A stretch of 64,000 nt of DNA, taken from the NCBI GenBank assembly GCA_012514315.1, contig JAAZAN010000111.1, positions 1,000-64,999 of the forward strand, given 5' to 3'. This DNA is from Chloroflexota bacterium. GTDB taxonomy: Bacteria; Chloroflexota; Anaerolineae; B4-G1. A program made the translations under genes and the position numbers. Within the stretch, counting starts at the first letter, position 1, and each line of letters begins with the position of its first letter. A model generated the notes under the pieces. That model was given only the letters and a program-made list of their open reading frames with translations, was not told the origin of the DNA and made no database searches. Below are positions 57,562 through 64,000 of this stretch, piece after piece.

Positions 57562-59046
57562 ATGATGACTCAAAGCTGGTTATTCCGTGTGTTCACCTCG
57601 CGTCACCGCTGGCTCAGCGTTCTGGCAACGTGGTTGCTCTGTGCTGGAGCGGCGGTGATTATCGGATACTTGCTGGCGGAGTTTGGTGTGGTGGTTGCGG
57701 CTGCCGGCCTCGCCGGGTTGCTCGCGGGCCTCTGGGTGTTGGGCGGTATTGAGAGGGCCTACCTGGCCGTCATCGGGGTCGTGTGTCTGTTGCCGTTTGC
57801 CTCGTTCCCGATCGATATCGGTTTCACCCCCACGCTCTTGGATGCGGCGCTAGGCGCCCTCTTCTTCATTTGGATTGTGAGGGTCGCGACCGGTAAGCAA
57901 CGTGAGTTCATCGGCACGCCGCTGGCGCTGCCCGTTACGGTGTTCATCCTGCTGGCGATCGGCGCGTTTGTTTTTGGACTGGCGCATGCGCCCCTAACCA
58001 GTTACCTCGTGCGTCACTTTGCCGAAGTGATGCTCAGTATCGCAATGTTCTTTCTTGTTGTGAATACTGTGCGTGATATCGAACGCCTTGAGCGGATCGT
58101 ACGGATGCTGATTGTATGCACGTTTGTTACTGCGGTTGTAGGTATTGCACTGTATGTGATAGCGGATCAAGTATCGCGCGATCTGGCGATTAGAGCACTG
58201 TCGGCGCTTGGGCGCCTTAAGTATCCTACGGGGCCTGGCGTTCTCCGCTACATTATGGAGGATCCTGAAAGGCCCCTGCGAGCGACCTCAACGTCGGTCG
58301 ATCCTAATGTGCTGGGCAGCCTGCTCAATATTGTGGTGGCTATTGCAGTGCCCCAGTTGTTCGCACGGCATCCAATCTTTCGTCGCCGCTATCTCCTGCC
58401 GATGCTGGGCGCCACAGCGCTCTGTCTGGGGCTGACCCTGAGTCGAGGAGCTCTGGTCAGTATGAGCGTTGCGTTGGTGATCATCGCAACGCTCCGGTAT
58501 CGGAGACTGTGGCTGATGCTATCGGGGGGGGCTGTCCTGATACTGCTGCTCCCTCAGACGCAGAGTTACGTCGCTCACCTGATCACAGGCTTCCGCGTCG
58601 GTGATCTGGCGACACAGATGCGATTCGGGGAGTATAAGGATGCGCTGATTCTGATCGGCCGCTACCCGTGGTTCGGTGTGGGATTTGGTGCTTCACCCGA
58701 TATCGACACCTACATTGGAGTATCCAATGTATACCTGTTGATCGCTGAACAGATGGGGCTGATTGGGTTGGGTAGTTTTCTCTCGGTCATCCTGGTCTTT
58801 CTTATCAGCTTCTGGCGAAACCGCAGCCGGGCTGCGATGTCGCCCAGGTTAGAGCCGCTCTGGTGGGGACTTCACGCTGGGATTATGGGGGCGTTGGTGG
58901 GCGGTCTTGTTGACCACTACTTCTTCAATCTGGATTTTCATCATTCGGTTACGCTGTTCTGGCTGGTGATTGCTCTGGCAACTACCGCGACCACTTTGAT
59001 CGGCCGCAGAGAGTGCGATGATGCCAGGCAGCCGGCCGGCAGATAG
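57562..59046 (+). CDS. O-antigen ligase/Wzy_C family membrane protein
   Basis: RA.ST..DPN.LG, LTLSRGA, R...PWFGVG.G, N.YL..AEQMGLIGL. Confidence 0.85.
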   Translation: MMTQSWLFRVFTSRHRWLSVLATWLLCAGAAVIIGYLLAEFGVVVAAAGLAGLLAGLWVLGGIERAYLAVIGVVCLLPFASFPIDIGFTPTLLDAALGALFFIWIVRVATGKQREFIGTPLALPVTVFILLAIGAFVFGLAHAPLTSYLVRHFAEVMLSIAMFFLVVNTVRDIERLERIVRMLIVCTFVTAVVGIALYVIADQVSRDLAIRALSALGRLKYPTGPGVLRYIMEDPERPLRATSTSVDPNVLGSLLNIVVAIAVPQLFARHPIFRRRYLLPMLGATALCLGLTLSRGALVSMSVALVIIATLRYRRLWLMLSGGAVLILLLPQTQSYVAHLITGFRVGDLATQMRFGEYKDALILIGRYPWFGVGFGASPDIDTYIGVSNVYLLIAEQMGLIGLGSFLSVILVFLISFWRNRSRAAMSPRLEPLWWGLHAGIMGALVGGLVDHYFFNLDFHHSVTLFWLVIALATTATTLIGRRECDDARQPAGR

Positions 59047-59086
59047 CGCGTGGCAGATCCCAAATCGCAATTACGGAGGAACTGAG

Positions 59087-59455
59087 ATGGCTGGTGAATT
59101 TCGCATTGTGTTGCGCGCCGAGGACTACGACGCGACAGTGGCTTTCTACCGGGACGGTTTGGAGCTTCCTATCGATCATGACTGGGATAGAGGTCCGTTG
59201 CAGCGGGGGACGGTATTTCGGGCGGCATCAGGCCTGATCGAGATTCTGCCGCTCCAGGAAGGTGAGACGTTTGTTCCCCCCACGGGTCTGGAAATCGCCT
59301 ACGAGGTGGAAGATGTCGACGCCTGGTGCGAGCGGATTGCCGCTAAGGGACTGCCCATTCTGGGTGAGCTGGCCGACAAACCCTGGGGGCACCGGACGTT
59401 CTCAGTGACGGACCCGGTAGGCGTCAAAGTGATCCTGTATCGCATCATTGGGTAG
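59087..59455 (+). CDS. VOC/glyoxalase family protein
   Basis: FYRDGLEL, VEDVD, KPWGHRTFSVTDP.G; GGAGG RBS. Confidence 0.9.
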   Translation: MAGEFRIVLRAEDYDATVAFYRDGLELPIDHDWDRGPLQRGTVFRAASGLIEILPLQEGETFVPPTGLEIAYEVEDVDAWCERIAAKGLPILGELADKPWGHRTFSVTDPVGVKVILYRIIG

Positions 59456-59461
59456 GCGATT

Positions 59462-60181
59462 GTGATCAAGGCGATCACGTTCGATTTCTGGGGCACGCTC
59501 TATCAGGACACCTTAGGTCAGGATGAGAGAGTCCTGTGGTTGCAGGAGGTGTTCACGGAGCACAGCCAGCCCCGTTCGCTGGAGGAAGTCGCAGCCGCGC
59601 GAGATCGTGCGTGGGCAGTGCAGGAGCGGGTATGGCTCGAAGAGCACCGATCGATATCAGCGGCTGACTGGCTGCATCTGGCGACTGACTCTCTGGGTGT
59701 TCAGCTTCCAGAGGCTGTTCTGAGTGAGACTGCCCGGTATCTCGAGGATTTCTACCTGGTGCGCGGTACTCGACCCCGGCCAATAGACGGGGTTCAGGAT
59801 GTTGTCCCACGTCTGGCGCAACGATATCGCCTGGGGTTGATTTCGGACACGGGTTTGACGCCGGGGCGTGTGCTGCGCCAGGTCATGGATGATGATGGGC
59901 TTCTGACGCACTTCGGTGTGCTGACGTTCTCCGATGAGACTGGTGTGACCAAGCCGATCGCTGAAGTGTTCCTACGTACTCTGGCTGTCCTGGGGGTAAC
60001 TCCTGAGACGGCTGCTCATATTGGGGACTTGCCCGAGACAGACCTGACTGGTGCGCGTGCGGTCGGAATGCGTTCCGTTCTATTCCTGGGCAAGAGCCAA
60101 CGAGAAGATGGTCGCCCACTGGCTGATGGGGTTTTCGAAGACTACCGTGAGCTGGAAAACCTGTTGTCGGATCTCGCGTAG
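59462..60181 (+). CDS. HAD-superfamily hydrolase
   Basis: FDFWGTL, LISDT, KP, HIGD...D motifs. Confidence 0.9.
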   Translation: MIKAITFDFWGTLYQDTLGQDERVLWLQEVFTEHSQPRSLEEVAAARDRAWAVQERVWLEEHRSISAADWLHLATDSLGVQLPEAVLSETARYLEDFYLVRGTRPRPIDGVQDVVPRLAQRYRLGLISDTGLTPGRVLRQVMDDDGLLTHFGVLTFSDETGVTKPIAEVFLRTLAVLGVTPETAAHIGDLPETDLTGARAVGMRSVLFLGKSQREDGRPLADGVFEDYRELENLLSDLA

Positions 60182-60253
60182 TCTGCCCGCTGCTATCGAG
60201 TACCTGAACAAGTAGACGGAGCTGTGAAGCCGTCTGAGCTTGAGATCGCAGTC

Positions 60254-60281
60254 TTGACGCATATGTTCACTCTGCTATAAT
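60254..60281 (+). promoter_or_regulatory. Sigma70-type promoter of prfA-prmC
   Basis: TTGACG-N16-TATAAT with extended -10 TG; followed by a GC-rich hairpin at 60296-60320. Confidence 0.75.
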
Positions 60282-60339
60282 AGCGTTGGTGGGGAGGGGC
60301 GGCTCTCGAGAGGCCGCCCCAGTCCGTGATGAGGGATCT

Positions 60340-61404
60340 ATGCTGGAGAGACTGGACAAAATCGAGCAACGTTTTGATGATCTGACGAGTCTGTTGGCCG
60401 ATCCAGATGTCGTTCAGGACTATGAGCGAGTAGCTGAATATGCCAAGGAACGTTCGGAACTGGAGGACGTGATCTCGGCCTATCGGGCTTATAAGTCGAC
60501 CGGGGATGAGCTGGAAGGCGCCGAGGCTATGGCGGAGGACGATTCTGACCCGGAGCTAAAGGAGCTTGCAGAGGCGGAGGTTGAGCGGCTGCGCAGGCAA
60601 CTGGAGGCGTTGGAGGCTCGCTTGCACGAGCTTCTGCTTCCCAAGGACCCGCGCGACGAGAAGAACGTCATCGTAGAGGTGCGTGCTGGCGCCGGCGGGG
60701 ACGAGGCCGGGCTCTTTGCGGCAGAGTTGGTGCGGATGTACACGCGCTACGCTGAACGCCACGGTTGGAAGACCGATCTGATCAGTGACCACCCTACGGG
60801 TGTTGGTGGCTATAAAGAGGCGGTGTTCGCGGTAAAGGGACGGGGAGCATATTCCCGACTCAAATATGAGAGCGGGGTTCATCGTGTCCAACGCGTTCCG
60901 ATCACTGAGTCATCCGGGCGAATCCACACATCTACGGCTACTGTTGCCGTCCTGCCTGAGGTGGATGACGTAGACATTCACATCGATCCCAAGGACCTTG
61001 AGATCGAAGCCTATGGTTCATCCGGTCCTGGCGGGCAGCATATGCAGAAGAATGCGACAGCGATTCGCATTGTACATGTTCCGACCGGAATGGTTGTATC
61101 CTGCGAGAGCGAACGCTCGCAGACCCAGAACAAGTTACGTGCAATGTCCGTGTTGCGTGCCCGACTCTATGAACAGGAACTTGAGAAGCAGACTGAGGAG
61201 GTTGCCGAGGCGAGGCGGTCGCAGGTCGGAACCGGAGAGCGTAGTGAGAAGATCCGGACCTACAATTTCCCGCAAAGCCGGGTTACCGACCATCGCATCG
61301 GGTTGACATCGTATCAGCTATCCTCCATTCTGGATGGCGATCTTGACGAGTTCATTGATGCGCTGGTCGAACGGGGGCGAGCGGAGTTGCTGCAGGGGTC
61401 GTAG
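60340..61404 (+). CDS. prfA: Peptide chain release factor 1
   Basis: RAGAGGDEA, ESGVHRVQRVPITE (PxT motif), GGQ, IRTYNFPQ; followed by prmC. Confidence 0.97.
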   Translation: MLERLDKIEQRFDDLTSLLADPDVVQDYERVAEYAKERSELEDVISAYRAYKSTGDELEGAEAMAEDDSDPELKELAEAEVERLRRQLEALEARLHELLLPKDPRDEKNVIVEVRAGAGGDEAGLFAAELVRMYTRYAERHGWKTDLISDHPTGVGGYKEAVFAVKGRGAYSRLKYESGVHRVQRVPITESSGRIHTSTATVAVLPEVDDVDIHIDPKDLEIEAYGSSGPGGQHMQKNATAIRIVHVPTGMVVSCESERSQTQNKLRAMSVLRARLYEQELEKQTEEVAEARRSQVGTGERSEKIRTYNFPQSRVTDHRIGLTSYQLSSILDGDLDEFIDALVERGRAELLQGS

Positions 61405-61479
61405 TCTGGGCTAGCTGTTATGTCTGCATGAAAGTCTATCATCCAATCACTAACAGGAGGGAAAAAACCTAAACGGATC

Positions 61480-62418
61480 GTGAACACAAACGAGGACGTG
61501 CCCGACGCTCTTTCCTCGGCCCATCGCACTCGTGTGGGAGCACAACACGGTGTTCCGCATAGTGCTGGGCCTCATCTCCGCTATCCATCAAGTTCAGTAC
61601 AGGCAGCGTTGCGTCAGTCTGCTGGACAGCTGCAGGAAGTCACGGACATCCCGCGTCTGGAGGCGGAGGTGCTTCTCGCCCATGTTTTGCAGAGTTCACG
61701 CACTACTCTATTGGCTCATCCCGAACAGGCGCTGTCGGCGGACCAGTTCTGGCGCTATGCCGATATCGTCCGCCAGCGATCGACAGGCTACCCTTTGCCC
61801 TATCTGACCGGAACTGCTGAGTTCTATGCGCTCTCGTTCGAGGTGACACCCGAGGTGCTGATCCCGCGGCCGGAGACCGAGATCCTGGTTGATCTTGCCC
61901 TGGCTCGCCGTCCAACTTGTGTTGTTGATGTTGGGACGGGGTCCGGATGTATCGCAATTGCGCTGGCCGCGCACCTGCCAGAAGCTCAGATCACCGGCAT
62001 CGAGCTGTCACCCGCGGCGCTGGCCGTGGCTCAGCGGAATGCCGAGCGCCATGGTGTCGCCGATCGCATCCAATGGATTGTGGGTGACGTCCTGGTGCCC
62101 CGTCCTGGACCGGCTGACCTGATTGTCTCCAATCCCCCCTACGTCCGTACCAGTGAGATGGCGACTCTGCCGGTGTCGGTCCGGAGTTACGAGCCTGCTG
62201 TGGCCCTAGATGGGGGAGCGGATGGCCTTGTGACCATTCGGCAGTTGCTCAATCAGGCTCCCGCAGTATTGGGGCCCGATGGTTGTCTGCTGATGGAGAT
62301 CGGCGTTGACCAAGCTGAGGCGGCCATCGATCTGGCTCGTACCGCGTTTCCCCAGGCCCAGATCTACATACATCCTGACTTGGCTGGACACGATCGCGTG
62401 TTGGAGGTCAGTCTGTGA
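61480..62418 (+). CDS. prmC: Release factor glutamine methyltransferase (N-terminal extension, start uncertain)
   Basis: VLIPRPETE, DVGTGSG, SNPPY, EP..ALDGG.DG. Confidence 0.95.
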   Translation: MNTNEDVPDALSSAHRTRVGAQHGVPHSAGPHLRYPSSSVQAALRQSAGQLQEVTDIPRLEAEVLLAHVLQSSRTTLLAHPEQALSADQFWRYADIVRQRSTGYPLPYLTGTAEFYALSFEVTPEVLIPRPETEILVDLALARRPTCVVDVGTGSGCIAIALAAHLPEAQITGIELSPAALAVAQRNAERHGVADRIQWIVGDVLVPRPGPADLIVSNPPYVRTSEMATLPVSVRSYEPAVALDGGADGLVTIRQLLNQAPAVLGPDGCLLMEIGVDQAEAAIDLARTAFPQAQIYIHPDLAGHDRVLEVSL

Positions 62419-63224
62419 TCGATTTGGTGGCATTGGATTTAGATGGTACACTCATTGGCGACGATCTGGTTGTCTCGCCGCGTGTCAGACGGGCGATCCA
62501 GGCTGTTCAGGACCGCGACGTCACGGTGACTCTGGCGACGGGACGTATGCACGCATTTGCGGTGCCTTTCGCGCACGAACTGCACCTTACTGCACCGCTT
62601 ATCTCCTACCAAGGGGCCCTGATCTGCCCGGCAGATTCGGACGCCCCGCTGTACCGGGTCACCATGTCGCGCGATCTGATGCGCGAGGCACTGGATTGGC
62701 AGATTGAGCGGGGTTGGCAGGTTGTGTTGTTTGCCAATGGCGCGGCCTACGTCGCGGATCGACGCAGGCCGCAGGAGTTCTATCGCGAACTTGTGGGCGA
62801 GCATTCAATCTGGGTCGATGATCTGCGAGATGTTCTGGTTGACTATGATCCGATGAAGTTCATCGTCTTTGTCAAGCCCGATACGGGCGCTCAGATCGAG
62901 GCGGAACTGCGTGACAGATTCGGCGACCGAATCGCCGTCACTCGATCACATGCCCTCATCGTCGAAGGTAATCCGCTGAATGTGTCCAAAGGGGATGCGC
63001 TTCGTTGGTTGGCCGGGTACCTTGGTGTTCACCAATCGGCGGTGATGGCCATCGGAGATCAAGATAACGATGCGCCGATGCTCTCCTGGGCCGGTCTGGG
63101 TGTGGCGATGGGAAATGGTAGCGCAGCGACGCGTGATGTGGCGGATTGGGTGGCGCCGGCTCTGGACGATGATGGCGTCGCCGTGGCTTTGGAGCGGTTT
63201 GTCCTGAATACACCGCCGGGCTGA
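62415..63224 (+). CDS. Cof-type HAD-IIB hydrolase
   Basis: DLDGTL, ATGR, SKG.AL, GDQDND, AMGN; GTGA overlap. Confidence 0.93.
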   Translation: MIDLVALDLDGTLIGDDLVVSPRVRRAIQAVQDRDVTVTLATGRMHAFAVPFAHELHLTAPLISYQGALICPADSDAPLYRVTMSRDLMREALDWQIERGWQVVLFANGAAYVADRRRPQEFYRELVGEHSIWVDDLRDVLVDYDPMKFIVFVKPDTGAQIEAELRDRFGDRIAVTRSHALIVEGNPLNVSKGDALRWLAGYLGVHQSAVMAIGDQDNDAPMLSWAGLGVAMGNGSAATRDVADWVAPALDDDGVAVALERFVLNTPPG

Positions 63225-63305
63225 TCGTCTCGTCCATCCGAATGGATAGATGATTCACTTGCCGGACTGTGTGGTCCATTCATGGATATCAGCAAGGAGG
63301 GTGAG

Positions 63306-64000
63306 GTGAAGATCTTCGTCCCTGGACGCATCTGCCTGTTTGGCGAGCACTCCGACTGGGCTGGCGGCTACCGGCGGATCAACTCCGAAATCGAGCGGGG
63401 CTACACCCTGCTCACGGGAACCGATCAAGGTATCTACGCCGAGGTTGAGCCTCATCCGACTGCGCTGGTGCTATCCTCCGCCACACCAGAGGGGCGAAGG
63501 TACAGCCCCTGCGAGATTCCGATGGATCCCAAGGCGCTGCTAGAGGTGGCGCGACAGGGTGGTTACTGGAGCTATGTGGCCGGGGTTGCTCACCAGATCC
63601 TCACTCACTACCACGTGCGCGGTCTTGTAATCAATAACTACCTGACCGATCTGCCGATCAAGAAGGGCCTGTCGTCCAGTGCAGCAATCTCTGTACTGGC
63701 TGCTCGCGCCTTCAATCGAATCTACGACCTGAAAATGACCGTGCGTGGTGAGATGGAGCTGGCCTATCAAGGTGAGATCACGACCCCTTCCCGGTGTGGA
63801 CGGATGGACCAGGGGTGTGCTTTTGGCAATCGGCCGATTCTGATGGCGTTCGACGGTGATCGACTTGACGTGACTGAGCTACAGGTTCCCCAGGACTTCT
63901 ATTTGGTCATTGTCGATCTACGGGCTGGCAAGAACACGATGGAGATTCTGACCCGCCTGAATCGTGCCTATCCCTTCGCTGAAAGCGAGATGGAGCGTGG
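63306..64000 (+). CDS. GHMP-family sugar kinase (3' end outside the window; absent from the ORF track)
   Basis: AAGGAGG RBS; KIFVPGRICLFGEHSDWAGG, LPIKKGLSSSAA, CGRMDQ; open to the window end. Confidence 0.9.
   Translation, partial: MKIFVPGRICLFGEHSDWAGGYRRINSEIERGYTLLTGTDQGIYAEVEPHPTALVLSSATPEGRRYSPCEIPMDPKALLEVARQGGYWSYVAGVAHQILTHYHVRGLVINNYLTDLPIKKGLSSSAAISVLAARAFNRIYDLKMTVRGEMELAYQGEITTPSRCGRMDQGCAFGNRPILMAFDGDRLDVTELQVPQDFYLVIVDLRAGKNTMEILTRLNRAYPFAESEMER

Noticed and set aside
1-64000. CRISPR arrays, tRNA/rRNA genes, transposases, prophage
   Set aside because: No regularly spaced direct repeats or recognisable RNA-gene or mobile-element signatures found by eye; intergenic gaps are mostly under 250 bp.

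Overview
GC-rich bacterial chromosomal segment. Gene content and protein style suggest Chloroflexota, probably Anaerolineae-like (inference). Left end: dnaX (5'-truncated), ybaB/ebfC, recR, comEC, then about 3 kb of decayed gene relics and a GH4 glycosidase. The centre (about 9.9-59 kb) is a very large cell-envelope modification locus. It holds about 13 multi-pass GT-C-type (ArnT/PMT, YfhO-like, TMEM260-like) glycosyltransferases, most with repeated C-terminal Ig-like domains, plus a WaaL/Wzy-like protein and several secreted proteins sharing a short aromatic-L/F-P motif. Embedded in it is a separately promoted, mostly translationally coupled operon: DUF4956, degenerate CotH, VTC/polyphosphate-polymerase domain, intact CotH kinase, degenerate GT-C, divergent CotH. 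This operon is the best candidate for an undescribed system; my hypothesis is export of polyphosphate or phosphoryl groups to extracytoplasmic kinases acting on surface glycans or glycoproteins. Also seen: a uORF plus terminator leader before a DEAD-box helicase, REP-like palindromes sitting in frame inside genes, and a G9 tract in a secreted protein. Right end: VOC, HAD, prfA, prmC, Cof hydrolase and a 3'-truncated GHMP kinase. No rRNA, tRNA, CRISPR array or intact mobile element was recognised. All family calls come from motif recognition by eye, not database searches.
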